From positions 9,052,001-9,116,000 of the forward strand of contig OZ231126.1 in assembly GCA_965153355.1 (NCBI GenBank): a DNA stretch of 64,000 nt, written 5' to 3'. A program made the translations under genes and the position numbers. Below the pieces are notes generated by a model. It did not search any database and was not told where the DNA came from. It was given only the letters and a program-made list of their open reading frames with translations. Source of the stretch: Flaccisagitta enflata. Its lineage: Eukaryota. This document shows positions 1 to 12,326 of the stretch, in pieces (the stretch's first letter is position 1; each line of letters starts with the position of its first letter).

Positions 1-1383
1 AGTGTGAAGAATTGATAACGATGATGGATGTTGAGTTGATGAGTAGGAGGAAGAGGATGTGTGTAGAATTGAAAAGGATGATAAATGAATATTTGATGAG
101 GAGGATGAAGAGGATGGAGGAAGAAATGATGAATGTAGATGAAAAGTTGATGAGGAGGAGGGGGAAAGAATTGCATTAAGGGCCATGGGCCTTAGGAGAT
201 TGAGCGCGAGAGCACCTCCAGACCCCATGGATGCAGAATTCTGAATCCATGGTCACCACTACCTATGAAATCACTCCCTCCTCCAACTCTCTCTTGGGTG
301 TAAGAGGAGGAGGATTTGTGGAGGACCTTTGGAGGACCTCCTCCTCCTCCAACACTTGAGGGCAAATCTGAATTCATCTATCAATATTGACCAAGAAATC
401 AGTTAAAATTTTTACTTTGAGGTGCTTGGAGGAGGCAATGTGAGCAATGAAACCATGATTTGTTATATCATTTACAGTTGTCAAATCATGATTTTTTGTT
501 TCTTTCAGAGTTTTCAAATCATGGTTTGGTTAGAATAAATAATTAATTGCTGGAAAGATAGTATGATTTTTTTAATGACTGTATCACTAACTATTATTAT
601 TGGTTCTTAACTAGTTACTTTAAAGAAGTAATTTTTCATTGAAAAAAGAAATAAATGATATTTAGTATCTGTTATATCCTTATAAATTTAACCTTGTAGA
701 AAAGTGTTGAGTAAGAATGTTTTCCAACTTAAAAAGTTTGAAATGTGTCTATACGGTTTTTATTATCCTCAAAAAAATTTTGTTTAATAATCAGCTTATT
801 GATGTTTGGAAAAAAGTCGAATTATGTAATTTTACTTTTTGAAAGGTAGGGGATAATAAATTTTTCTATTTTCAGTTATAGACAATTTTAGAAAGTTGTG
901 CCATTTTGGGGCTGGGAGTGTACATTTTTTGATATTCATGAGAAGAAAGAGCTTATTTATCTCTTTCAAATGGCGCCAACCAGAAGTCAATTTTTAACCT
1001 ATAGGTAACAATAGTAATGAAAAAAGATGTTACGCATATTGACTTAAACTTTTATGACGCTAGCTTTGATATTTCAATCTGCTTGAGAGAGAGAAGTAAC
1101 ATTTGATGAAGTTGTGTCCGGTGGTTTCCATGGCATTGTACTCCTTGATTTCTTTTGTAAACAAAGTTCCCCATGAGTTATTAAGAAAATTATGAATAGA
1201 AAAGTCCGCTGAAAAATAGAAAGAAAAAGAGCACGAAAAAAGCTTGCCGTAAGAACCGTCAAAAATTATTTTTCATCTATTCTTCCGTCTGAAAATTAAA
1301 AAACCGCTTGACCAAAACATTTCTGGAAGTGTAGGGTAATACCCCAAAACTAAGCTCTTGTAGTGAAGTGATTTCCTGCTCGT

Positions 1384-1595
<212 letters not shown>

Positions 1596-2311
1596 CAAAC
1601 ACTCACTCACTCAAAGACCAAGAGGAAAAAAAGACAGAGAGACAGATGTTGAATAACAAAAACAGACAAGCAGTCAACCAAATGTCATGAGATGCTCACA
1701 CTGAAGAACATGGGGTGTATTTCCCCACAGCAAAAGCGCCCAACAGCTAAAATTTTATCATGACAGATTGGCCCAAGAGCTAAAAATTTCTTTTAGCTGT
1801 GCAGCCAATTTTGAGCTTTTTATTTCTAAAGTTTTTATCAGAAAAAGTGGTCTAACTTCTAAAATTTCTATCTGTGATTGGCCTAAGTTCTAAAAAAAAA
1901 AAGAGGGAAGAAGAGAATAATAAAAGAGAACAAAAAAAGGTCTAAAGCCCCTTTTGAAACATCATCGCTTTACACATGTTTTATTCAGTGATACTATTCT
2001 TTGAATATACAGCTTCCGTCTAGAGGGCATTTCAAGGGACCATGCAAATCTATCGTTTTTAGTGAAGTTGCCTTTTTTCCAATTCAAAAAAAGATTACAA
2101 AATCTCTTAAAGGACAGCAACTAGTATACCTCATATATGGGCATGTTTAAATGGCAGGTGCCTATCAATTCTAAAAAATATAGGTCTTTTTTTTAATGCA
2201 ACATAAGGAACCTTCTTATCCCTTCTATGGAGCATAGTAGCAAGATGCAATTTACTGTTTATTTAAAGATGTAGTACTATAGATAGAGCACAAAAAACTA
2301 TTTCATAATAG

Positions 2312-2512
2312 TTTTTAAGTCGCGTGAATGCAACTTTACAACCCATTTCAGCCATCCATCCATCGGTTGGTTGTTTGGTTGGTCGGTCATGTCTTACTTT
2401 ATTTCATGATTTGACTTTTGACCACACTGCTCCTGCCTAAATGGTCTAGTGACCTCAAATATGGCCCCTGCCTTCCCGCATGCGACTTTGGTAGCCATGT
2501 ATTTGGCCTTAT
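2312..2512 (+). mobile_element. Short HINE-like element, family B (degenerate copy)
   Basis: agtcgcgtg start, ggtcggtc-type microsatellite, end gcgact...gtagccatgtatttggccttatt; similar to the copy at 20502-20698. Confidence 0.55.
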
Positions 2513-3113
2513 TCTGAGATGATGCATCATGACGTGTTTCTACCACAATGCCATTAAAAACCATGACATCTTCAAGATCTAAAAAATAGCTGTTTGATTC
2601 TCCCTCTAAAGAAGTTGATTAAATTGATTGTTTGATAATTTAAATAATTGGCAATTATGGGACCAACTGAATTATAATATGAACATTTTTTAAATTTTCT
2701 CGAGAAAATCACAGGAAAGAACTTTTGAATGCCAATCATTTGATCAATTGAACTTCTTGTTTTTAAAGAGGGACAGCTATTTTAAAGATATTGGAAATTT
2801 CAAAGTTTTTACTGGCATTGTAGTAGAGATGCCTTCCTTTTTTTAGACATCAGGTGCTTACTTTTTAGCTGTTAGGCGCATTTGAATTTTCAAACCATGC
2901 CAATACTTTTAGTTTCAAATTGGCCTCAAGTCTAAAATTTTATTTAGCACTCAGGCCAAAATCATTTTTAGACATCAGGCCACTGGATTATTTTAGCTGT
3001 CAGGCGCCTCCCCCAAGAAAAAAAAAGCTCCCATTTACGACTTTTTTCAAGTCGGCGAGAGCCGCCTTTATTGGTAATGATATTCGCATGATGATATTTT
3101 GAGGAATAGGATA

Positions 3114-3287
3114 CAGTGGAGCTTCACTAAAGTGCACCCGCTAATAAGGCATGCCCGCCTATGAGGCATTCAAATTGTAGTCTCATGAGAAATTTTATAG
3201 TTATTTTTATAATGGTAATAAGGCAGCTTCACTATAAGGCATAATTTAGCCCAGTCCCTTGAAATGCACTCTAGTGAAGCCTAACTG
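3114..3287. mobile_element. TA-flanked MITE (Tc1/mariner/pogo-type)
   Basis: TA|cagtggagcttcacta ... tagtgaagcctaactg|TA imperfect TIRs; similar layout to 39371-39547. Confidence 0.6.
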
Positions 3288-3976
3288 TATATTTTAATGT
3301 TCATGGATAATAGTGTGATAGTGTATGCAAATATCCAAAAAAATATAGAGCATCTTGACAATCAATTTGCTGGACATTTTATCAGGTTTTACTTACATGC
3401 CTGATCGATGAAATCATGATTTGATCTTGGAAAGTAACCAATGAAATCATGATTAGAGACCGCGGTAAGTGTTTTTGTTATTGTTTTGAGGGGATGGATT
3501 CACGTCTCCCATTACACCGTCTTTGGATCAGACAGAGATGCACTTTAAGAAAAAAAATATTCATACACCGTCTTCGGATAGGACTGTAAAATGCAAAACC
3601 TTTATAGCTCCTAAACCACTAGGAAAAAAGTTAGAAATTTTCAGTGAATATTGGTAACATGTGACGGTTTTTGCATGTCAAAGCTCAGATCATAGTATAG
3701 AAAAGGTGAGGGAAAAAGAAATATTAAAAGAAAACCCATCTTTTAATTAGGATCAATTTTTCCCCATTTCCTTAGGATGGAGTTGTCTTTATCTGCTTGA
3801 AATTACTTTGCATTTCAAGAAAAACTCTTGATTTATTTTTGGTGACAGATGTTAACTTATGTATTACCTTTTCCTGCTTATTCTTAGAAAAAAAACAGCA
3901 CCTTCCAAAAAAAAAACAGGGAAAAAAACAATTTTGCTTAAGAAATGGATATTCTTTCAATATTTTGCTTTCCCCT

Positions 3977-4586
3977 TGAGAGCGTTTAACGTCTGATTTC
4001 TTATCAAGCTCCTGATGCGTAATCGCGAGAACTGACTCCACTGCGTAGCTGCGCTAATGATTTGGAACGTACACCCGCTTAGAACGAATTGTTGAGATGA
4101 GCGGTCAAGTTGTCCGCGAAATCAGTCTATTCGTGGAATCCTGATGGACAGAGAGAAAGAAAAAGGTTAGGACAAACTCTGTACATCAATGAAGGACACT
4201 TCTGTAAACGCGCCAAAAAGGTAAAAGGTCAAGGACTTACACGGATGTTGTCGAACGGTTTCCAATCTAGGCGCAGGGCAGGGAAGTCGGGGAAAAAGCA
4301 TCAAAATCGAGTCTTTAACTGAGATTGTGAAGTCGAATGTCAGTAAGAGAGTCAGGGAAGCTACTTTTACTTAACCTAGGAATAAATAACAAATTTAATC
4401 AAAGCATCACGAGATTTGAAATTATTTGGCAGCAATGGAACAATGATCAATGAAATCCACTCTGCAGTCGAGCAGACGCCATCTTGGAATCATCGACGGC
4501 GAGAGAGCCTCTCCTCTTCGGGATCCGCGGAGTCGAATGCATCCGATCGAGCGCTTCTTGACCTGGATATGGTGGGGAATGTCACA
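3977..4586 (-). repeat. 3' LTR (610 bp)
   Basis: Direct repeat of 15488-16277, lacking a 168-bp block plus 3-bp and 9-bp indels. Confidence 0.95.
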
Positions 4587-4598
4587 GTCCCCCCATTT
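4587..4598 (-). promoter_or_regulatory. Polypurine tract
   Basis: Minus strand reads AAATGGGGGGAC immediately before the TG of the 3' LTR. Confidence 0.75.
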
Positions 4599-5424
4599 GA
4601 AATATTTGCCAAAAAAATTTCAAATCTCGTATCTAACTAGTTTCTTGTCAGGGAATACCGTTCATTTAAAATTATATAAGCTATGACAACATCCGGGGCT
4701 CATCTCAAAAACAAAAATTTAAAATTACAAAGACACTATTATAAATAACGTGGATCTCGCGCGGATAAGACGATTCAGAAAATGGGTTCTAGGAGCAGAG
4801 ACACCTACCACGGTCGATCGTCCGGGCTATCGCTACGGTCTGGTTATGAATTGCTCCTCTTGCTCCATTCTGCATCCAGTCTTCATGCTAAAAAAAGGGA
4901 AATTAAACGAAACTAGATCCACGGGAATGATGGACTGAAATAAATAATTAGACTATATGCTAAGTGGTCTATACTAATGTATACACTATACTATTCTACG
5001 TACCAACGCCCCGTTAGGATTGTCCATCACTCCAGCACGTGCGTCTCTGAAAGGTAAGTGGGAGGGGGGATTCCCCCACACCCGGGATGGGCATGGAGAA
5101 ACGGATTTGGAGAGTTAGAACTGATTCTCATTCCTCAAATCATACGCTTAATATTCTAATTTGGTACAATTGATTCATGAGCAATTCAAGACCCCCCCTA
5201 CCCCTCGAGACTTACGCGGGAGAGTTGCAGGGGGTCCCTGTTGGGAACCCCTCCCCCGACCGCCCTCTAGAGAAGCGAGGATGGCCGGCCTGTCCGTCAC
5301 CGGAAGCATCTCGAGTCGCCATTGGATGATCAACCGCTAGTCTTCCGCGACGACGTGAAACGTCGGTATGATACGCGCGATTGAAGTGGGAAGACGATGG
5401 CCGGGATCATGGCGACGAGACCCT

Positions 5425-7761
5425 CTACTTCCGGCCTTTACCCCTGCCGCCCTTGCCTCCACGATAGGATGGCGTGTCGTCTTTCCTACTGTGGCGTGGA
5501 GGGGGGTTTCTGCCGGAAGGTGGCGCGTGGTTGCTCGACGACGCGGAGTGGCGTTGAGTGCCGGAAGTCGAAGGCATCTGTCCGTCGGGCTGAGAGAACT
5601 CAGCGCGGACGCGGTCGGCTTCCTTCTGCGCGTCGGAAAGCAGCTGGGCCATCTGAGCAACCTTTGCGTCATGCTCACCGACAACTTTCATCCTAAAATT
5701 GTACTGTTCGATGAGCTTCCTCGCCAATCTGGCTCTATCCGCGGCGTGATCGGCAGCGTGGATCGCGCGATCCATCGGAGATGAGTTGGGATAGAATGCC
5801 GCCGGAAGAATGTCTACAACCTTTTGAATGTCCTTTGGCCGAGGATGATTTGGCAGCTTGATGGCGATGGCCAACATCTTCTCGGTCAGAAGGTCTTCCG
5901 GCGATTGGGGAGGGCGATGTGAAGGAGAAGCGGATGCAGTCGACGTTGACGACCTGTTGGACGTCGACGCATCCCCAGACTTCCTTTTTGGACGACGATT
6001 TTTCTTCTTTTTGTTGGCGTTTTGCTCCTCTCGTCGCTGTTGGTCGTCGTTGACGGGAGGAGGAGGAGGTGGGGGCAGATTTGCGGCTGCCCCTGCGAGC
6101 GCACCCCCTTGGTTATTCGTTGTCGTCGTCGTTTGAGTTGGGACACGGATTGGTGAAATGTCACGTGACCGCTGGCGTTGAGGAGGAGGAGGCCGGGGAG
6201 CAGGACCATGTGGTAATCTCGCAGGACCATCCATCACCGTCGATGACAACGATGCAGATGCATCCAGCGGTCCACCCCTGCTCACCCGACGTCTCTTCTC
6301 CCTCACTTCGATTTGTAGATTGTTGCCGCCAGCTTTGGCTCGTCGATCGTCTCTCGGATGATGTTGTGGAGGATCCTGCGTCACGGGCGTCTGATGCTGA
6401 TCGCTGCCACTTCCGGTCGAACGCGTAGCCTCCGCGATCCGACGAGCGGCTCCTTCACGTCGTCTTTTTCTCTGATTTGAGGCTTTTCCACGGGAAATGT
6501 CTCTCAAAGTCCCATTTCCCATGTCCGCCATTGCTCCAATTGATCTGATGTTGATGATTTTGCACAATTGGAGCGTCTCGCGAGTTTCAACCGTCGCAAT
6601 CTCTCCGTCCTCTTCGACTAATTCGTCTCTGATGATTTGCGTAGGAACATATGCTCTTCGCTCGGCTTGTGGATGAAGGGCATCTCTCTCCGCACGTAAG
6701 CTACGCTGCTTGTCGTGGTACATCGCAGTGTGCTTCCGTTCGATGAGGGCGTCGACTTGGGCGTTGTAGATCTTCACCAATTCGACTCCTTGTTCCTGCG
6801 AGATGGAGGACAGGTCACTGATGTGCGGCGGGATCACCAGCGTCGCGTCAGGTGATGCTTGAAACGGCGCCGGTACGGTCGAGTCTGCGGCCGGCGTTAC
6901 TTGTAACGTCGACGACTCCACGACCGCCTGCGACGTCTGCGGCGGCGGCGGCAGAATTGGGGGAGCAAGAGGAGGAGCAGTCAATACCCCTTGGGGGCCT
7001 GTAAGGGCGGGTTGAGCAACCTCCCCGGGAGGAAGTCCCTCTCCCCTTCCGTCATGTTCGTGAGTATCCATGTCATCATCCTCACTGTCATCCTGAGTTT
7101 CGTAATTGTCATCGTCGTCGTCGTCGTCATCGTCAAAGTCCAAGTTGTTAGGGTCATTTAAATCTTGTCGCTCTACTCCTTCTGCTCCGCGTGGCGGCGG
7201 GGGGGCGTCCGTGGTTGACTCCGACGTCGAATCCCCCATGAGCGCTTCCACTCCCGAAACTGCCGTATCGAAGCTTTCGTTGGCAGCTTGATTTCTTCTC
7301 GCCTTTCTTGCCGCCCGGAGCGCATCGTCGGCTTGACGACGCGCTTCACTGGCGGCGCGCTTGTCGGCGAAGGCGTTGGCATCGAACGCGTTGAGGGCCC
7401 GAGTAGGAATAGGGTCTGTAACGGTCCACGCACCGGAAGACGAGCTGTTGAAGAGATGGCTGACCCCGTCGATGACGTCATCAGCTCCTCCAACAGCAGA
7501 CTGTTGCAACCCGCGAAGCCGACGTTGTTCTCTGAGGGACGCTGCCCTGGACTCCTGCTCCTGCCTCCTCCTCTTCTTCTCCGGGTCGTTCTTTTCTTCC
7601 TCCACTTTCCTCTTCTCCTCTTCCACCCTCGCCCGTTCCTCCTCCATCCTCCTTGTCTCCTCCTCATGATTCCTCACCAACTCGTCCTGGGCAAGCGCCA
7701 TTCGCTGCCTCCTCGCTTCGCGGATCTCGTCCGGCGTGCCTTGGTTGTTCTGCTGCGACAT
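5425..7761 (-). CDS. Retrotransposon ORF3 in the env position: 778-aa low-complexity/coiled-coil protein of unknown function
   Basis: Intact ORF between pol and the 3' LTR, same strand as gag/pol. E/R/K-rich N-terminus, acidic and Pro-rich tracts, basic clusters, C-terminal RGGKGGRGKGRK; no signal peptide or TM segment visible. Candidate acceptor ttgcag just upstream of the ATG. Confidence 0.8.
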   Translation of the reverse strand: MSQQNNQGTPDEIREARRQRMALAQDELVRNHEEETRRMEEERARVEEEKRKVEEEKNDPEKKRRRQEQESRAASLREQRRLRGLQQSAVGGADDVIDGVSHLFNSSSSGAWTVTDPIPTRALNAFDANAFADKRAASEARRQADDALRAARKARRNQAANESFDTAVSGVEALMGDSTSESTTDAPPPPRGAEGVERQDLNDPNNLDFDDDDDDDDDNYETQDDSEDDDMDTHEHDGRGEGLPPGEVAQPALTGPQGVLTAPPLAPPILPPPPQTSQAVVESSTLQVTPAADSTVPAPFQASPDATLVIPPHISDLSSISQEQGVELVKIYNAQVDALIERKHTAMYHDKQRSLRAERDALHPQAERRAYVPTQIIRDELVEEDGEIATVETRETLQLCKIINIRSIGAMADMGNGTLRDISRGKASNQRKRRREGAARRIAEATRSTGSGSDQHQTPVTQDPPQHHPRDDRRAKAGGNNLQIEVREKRRRVSRGGPLDASASLSSTVMDGPARLPHGPAPRPPPPQRQRSRDISPIRVPTQTTTTTNNQGGALAGAAANLPPPPPPPVNDDQQRREEQNANKKKKNRRPKRKSGDASTSNRSSTSTASASPSHRPPQSPEDLLTEKMLAIAIKLPNHPRPKDIQKVVDILPAAFYPNSSPMDRAIHAADHAADRARLARKLIEQYNFRMKVVGEHDAKVAQMAQLLSDAQKEADRVRAEFSQPDGQMPSTSGTQRHSASSSNHAPPSGRNPPPRHSRKDDTPSYRGGKGGRGKGRK

Positions 7762-8307
7762 GATGGATCTTTACTGCAACAGTTATGCGACGATACCGAC
7801 AAGGGGAAGCTTTTAGCGTAAGATAGTGTAAACGCCTGTTTTTGGAGAAAATTCAGATTTCGAGGTGTAATCAAACGGAAAAGGGAAGACATATTCATTG
7901 ACATCGAAGGAAGGTTAAATGGTATACGCAAATAAAGAAATAAAGACTCTTCGATCAGCGCCTCAAATGACCTCCACACTCAACAGTCAACGATATGGAT
8001 AAAACAGAAAAGGACATGAACGAACGAATGCCTCTATATGGTCAATACGAGATTGAAATGGCATGGCAAAATTTAGATTGTCAGTCAATCATGCGGACAT
8101 TCTCAACTGACTGGGGGCACCATGTACCTCTCTCTCTCCCGTAATCACACACAAAAACATATCAGACAGACCGACTGAGAAAAAGTAAACAAGACCAAAA
8201 TTCATGAGAGAAAGAAACCCTCATTTCCATGTGTAGTCTTTACAAATAGAAACACTTATGCTTCTCTCTGGTCTACTTTCTCTCTCTCTCTTCACACTTA
8301 TCCGTTT

Positions 8308-8795
8308 TTAATCTGAATCCAGCTCCAATCGGACGATCTTTGACCGATCCTTGAGGACGATCTTGCCGTCGGGGCGTAGGATCTGTGCTTTCCGGACATG
8401 ATCACCAGATCCTTCCACTTCGACGACGCGTCCCAAAGACCACTGATGCCGATGAATCGTCTCGTCAACGATGATGACCAATGCATCTTTTTTGATGTTA
8501 ACTTCCGATTTTGTCCATTTGCTCCTTGCGTGCAGCAACTGAAGGTATTCGGCGCGCCATACCTTCCAGAAGGCGTCGACACGGGCCTGTGCGTTTCTCC
8601 ATCGGCATCTCGTTCCCACGGCGTCGTTTCCGGTCTCTGGAGGGAGAATAGCTGCCGACAAGTGTGAGAACGTAGACGGATGCAAGATGTTCACCGGCCT
8701 CAACGCCGATGTATCGCTAGGGTCGTCGCTCAAAGGCGTGAGAGGTCGGCGGTTGAGAATTCCTTCCACCTCGATCACTGCCGTTTGGAAGACGT
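8308..8795 (-). CDS. pol C-terminus (end of integrase core and BEL-type C-terminal domain), frameshifted from the main pol ORF
   Basis: EVEGILNRRPLT...FWKVWRAEYL...W.LGRVVE motifs typical of BEL/Pao integrase ends. Confidence 0.85.
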
Positions 8796-11300
8796 GTCGT
8801 AATGGAGCACGTGACCGGAAGTAATGGATGCCAAATGTTTTTTGAAAAGGGATACGACCCTTTCCCATACGCCGCCGTAATGGGGAGTCCCAGGAGGAAT
8901 GAAGTCCCATTGGAGTCCATGCTGCTGCAGAGCCACCGTCGACGACGCGTTCCACGACTGCATCTCCTCCTTCATGACGCGATTTGCTCCAACCAGGTTG
9001 GTGCCACAGTCGGAGATGAATCGACGCACCGTTTGTCGTCTCGCCGCAAATCGAATGATGGCGTTGATCATTGCCTCTGTGTCCATTTTAAACAACACCT
9101 CCACATGCACCGCCCTCGAAACCATGCAGGTAAATACCACTGCCCAGACTTTATGATCCGCCCTGCCGTTCAGTTTCACCAGGAAGTGACCCATACAGTC
9201 AAGTCCCACCTCCTCAAAGGGCGCTGTTGGAATGAGCCGTCGTTGAGGAAGAGGCGCCATTTGCTGCTTCATAGGATCTTTGAAGTTCCTTTGGCACGTG
9301 ACGCAATGGTGGATAACTGTCTTCACCGCTTGGAGACCTCGAAGAATCCACACGAAGCGTCGCAGTTGGCATAAGACGTGTTTTGGGCCCGCGTGGAGAT
9401 CCTGATGGTGGACGTGGCGAATCAGAGAAGCGACGTTCGGATCCTTCGAAGGGAGAATCATCGGGTATTTCTCATCATGGCCAATGTCCGCGTTTACAAG
9501 TCTGCTTCCGACACGCATCGTCCCTTTCTCGTCGACAACCGGATTGTGATGGCGTAGAGTCTTGCAGATAACTTTGGCGCCGGCGTCGTTGATCAGCGGC
9601 GTCGTTTTCCCCACCGCCTTCAACTTAGTTATCTCTCCGTGGAAATGTTTGAACTGGATTGCGTTGATCAAGCGGCGTTGTGCGTCGTACAATTCAGCCA
9701 TAGATACAGAGTAGGGATTTTGCAGCGTCGTCGCCGCTGCTCTAGTCTTTGCCTTCACCTTCTGTCTCCATCGCTGCGCACACTTCACAATCACGGCGAT
9801 CAAACGCAATTTCGCCACCCATTCCTGGCGACGGGCAGCCACTGCATAGGCGAACATTTCCTTTTCCTTTTCCCCCTCTTCTTCCACCGCTCCTGTCGCG
9901 ACGGCGTTGATTGACGCCTTCGGCGCCGTCGCAATATTCATTGTCGGCCACTCAGATTTGGGGAGGTAGAGAAACTTTGGACTGAAATGGAAAATGTCCC
10001 ATTTGTCCTTGTCGCCGGCGTCAATGCCCCGCGAACAATAGTCCGCTGGGTTGTTGTCCGTGTCAACCCATCTCCATTGAGAATCACTTGAGCCGCTGTG
10101 GATTTTTGAAAGTCGGTTTGCAAAGAAGCTCGGGCGTTTAGACTTGTGGTCAAAAATCATATTCAGCACAGCCTCTGAATCTGACCAGAGCGTCACCATA
10201 TCCTCGGTCACCTTTGGAATGGTTCTCTTGATGAATAGTTTGAGTTTCACCGCTTTCTCTGCCGCTGTCATTTCTAACCTCGGCACCGAATTGTGGTGCG
10301 ACGCTTTTGACGCATTAAGAGGGACGACGTGGGCCTTGGCGCACAAGATGGTAACGCGGATTGTTCCATCCTCGTCTTCCACCAACCAATAGCCCACTAC
10401 TCCAAAACCAGGGATGGCGGCGTCGCAGAAGATGTGAACTTCTCGTCGAATGGCCCACTCAATATGGCGCGGAATTTCAATTTGGATCAGCAATGGAGTC
10501 GCAGAGTACCATTTGGCGAAGCGTTTGATCAACGCCTCCTCCATCGTCGAATCCCATCCTTTCTCGGAAGCTCTCGTCAACTGGAGGCACCTTCTCCCTT
10601 CAAGGGCGCGGGGCGCTGTGAATCCTAGTGGATCATAGTTGTCGGCTTGCATGGAGACCAATTCGCGAGGAGTTGTTGCCACCCTCTTACACGCTTCTGG
10701 ATCGCATCTGAAGATGCAGTCCGTCGACGGCAACCATTGGACCCCCAAGACCTTCGTTGGCTCCTCGAGTTTGGCGCTCAAGTCGACCGCGACATTCGGA
10801 TCCTCGTCCATCACTTCCACCGCGTTCGACTTCCACTTGGTTAAAGTAAATCCGCCGCTCTTCATGGCGGCGATGAGATCTTGCTTCAACTGCAGTGCCT
10901 CGTCAACTGAATCCGCACCACCAGAGCCGTCATCAACGTAGAAGGCATGTCTCAACATTTCGTAGACATTTTCCGGGAAGTCTGGTTTGATCTTTTCTGC
11001 ATGATGGCGTAAAACATAGCTGGTGACGAGACTTGATGAGACTGATCCAAAGATGTGCGCCAAGAAGAGCATCACGACTGCTTCTCTCATGCTTTTGTCA
11101 GTGAACCACATATATCTGAACGTGTCCGCGTCCTCAGGATGGACGCGGACATTATGAAAAAACGCCTTAATATCGGTCATAAGACCGATTTTATGAAGGC
11201 GAAATTTCATAAGAACTTCAGTCAACACGTTCATGATATTAGGGCCTCCAATCAGTAGCTCATTGAGGCAAATGCCGCCAGTCTCCGTCCATCGTGACAA
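8775..11300 (-). CDS. pol: reverse transcriptase, RNase H and integrase
   Basis: RT CLNELLIGGP, DIKAFF, FYVDD; RNase H HIFCDA, LEMTAA, WSDSE, NPADYCSRG; IN H..H/CVTC zinc finger, GLDCMG, ISDCGTN, GGVWERVV. Confidence 0.95.
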   Translation of the reverse strand: MSRWTETGGICLNELLIGGPNIMNVLTEVLMKFRLHKIGLMTDIKAFFHNVRVHPEDADTFRYMWFTDKSMREAVVMLFLAHIFGSVSSSLVTSYVLRHHAEKIKPDFPENVYEMLRHAFYVDDGSGGADSVDEALQLKQDLIAAMKSGGFTLTKWKSNAVEVMDEDPNVAVDLSAKLEEPTKVLGVQWLPSTDCIFRCDPEACKRVATTPRELVSMQADNYDPLGFTAPRALEGRRCLQLTRASEKGWDSTMEEALIKRFAKWYSATPLLIQIEIPRHIEWAIRREVHIFCDAAIPGFGVVGYWLVEDEDGTIRVTILCAKAHVVPLNASKASHHNSVPRLEMTAAEKAVKLKLFIKRTIPKVTEDMVTLWSDSEAVLNMIFDHKSKRPSFFANRLSKIHSGSSDSQWRWVDTDNNPADYCSRGIDAGDKDKWDIFHFSPKFLYLPKSEWPTMNIATAPKASINAVATGAVEEEGEKEKEMFAYAVAARRQEWVAKLRLIAVIVKCAQRWRQKVKAKTRAAATTLQNPYSVSMAELYDAQRRLINAIQFKHFHGEITKLKAVGKTTPLINDAGAKVICKTLRHHNPVVDEKGTMRVGSRLVNADIGHDEKYPMILPSKDPNVASLIRHVHHQDLHAGPKHVLCQLRRFVWILRGLQAVKTVIHHCVTCQRNFKDPMKQQMAPLPQRRLIPTAPFEEVGLDCMGHFLVKLNGRADHKVWAVVFTCMVSRAVHVEVLFKMDTEAMINAIIRFAARRQTVRRFISDCGTNLVGANRVMKEEMQSWNASSTVALQQHGLQWDFIPPGTPHYGGVWERVVSLFKKHLASITSGHVLHYDTSSKRQ

Positions 11301-12283
11301 ATCCGCGTTTTATTCCTTTCCTCCACCACATGGATGGGTAAATACCAGCGTGGCGATGAGATGGTTGCGTCGTCGTTCTTCGGATCAATCTCTATCGCCA
11401 CGCCCGTGTCTACAAATTTGTCCATTTCTTTGAAGACGCGATCGCGGAGGTCATGGTCGTTTGAGAGTTTATATCGGAGGCTTTTTGTCCTTTTGATCGT
11501 CATCGCACGTGCATTTACAGACTTGATAATTTCGACGATTTTCTCTTTCTCATACAGCCATGGAAGCCCCACGACATATTTCTGGAGATTCTCGTCGAAG
11601 TATATCGTCTCCATCACCCGTTTTACAGCGCGACGATTCTCTTCAGACTGGCCCATTTCTTCCTCCGATACAATGGCGAAGTCATGGTAGAACATGCGGT
11701 CGAGAGATTTGCTCAATGCGACGTTATCCACATGGATTGCGTTAATGACAGCGGTATCATCAGATCTTCGTCCACTCTTTCCTGCTACAGTCCATCCAAA
11801 ACCGCATCTGAAGGCTGTCAAAGATCCCGATGGACCTCTTGCCTCCACAGGCATCGTCGCGTCGTAATGGGCGGCGCCGATGATCGATTGGACAGGACCA
11901 TTTACTTTTGGAAATGGAACGTTGCGAAGATGAGATTGATTTGTGAAGTCGCGTTGGCATGGAGCAATATCCGCTTCACCCGTCAATAATTCTCCCGTTA
12001 ATGCGTTACTGATGTGGACATTGTATTCCTCGTCAATCGATGAAAGGATAAAGGACGCTAAGACTTTCTCCTCCACCACTTCACAATTGACCGTATGCAC
12101 GCGCATCAGCATCTTTTCAATTGGTAAGTCTAATTTTTTAACGATTTGAAGCGATAAAACGTCACGATCCGCACCGCTGTCAATCATCCCCAACACTACG
12201 GTGGAACGGCCCGTCGACGCGTTGGTGATCTTTGCAGGGACAATCGGTCGCGTGACATCATCCTCCGCAACTACCGTCCTCAT
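11252..12283 (-). CDS. pol N-terminus: aspartic protease and linker
   Basis: MIDSGAD active-site motif, IIGA flap-like motif, GFGWTVAG, YVVGLPW, WYLPIHVV...RICHD; typical of the BEL/Pao pre-RT region. Confidence 0.9.
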   Translation of the reverse strand: MRTVVAEDDVTRPIVPAKITNASTGRSTVVLGMIDSGADRDVLSLQIVKKLDLPIEKMLMRVHTVNCEVVEEKVLASFILSSIDEEYNVHISNALTGELLTGEADIAPCQRDFTNQSHLRNVPFPKVNGPVQSIIGAAHYDATMPVEARGPSGSLTAFRCGFGWTVAGKSGRRSDDTAVINAIHVDNVALSKSLDRMFYHDFAIVSEEEMGQSEENRRAVKRVMETIYFDENLQKYVVGLPWLYEKEKIVEIIKSVNARAMTIKRTKSLRYKLSNDHDLRDRVFKEMDKFVDTGVAIEIDPKNDDATISSPRWYLPIHVVEERNKTRICHDGRRLAAFASMSY

Positions 12284-12326
12284 CGCGGAGGTAGCAGCGA
12301 GTCACGCCTCCATCACTCTTCCTTCA

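Noticed and set aside
7674-7979. 101-aa ORF between pol and ORF3
   Set aside because: No motif, non-ATG start, overlaps the ORF3 start; probably incidental.
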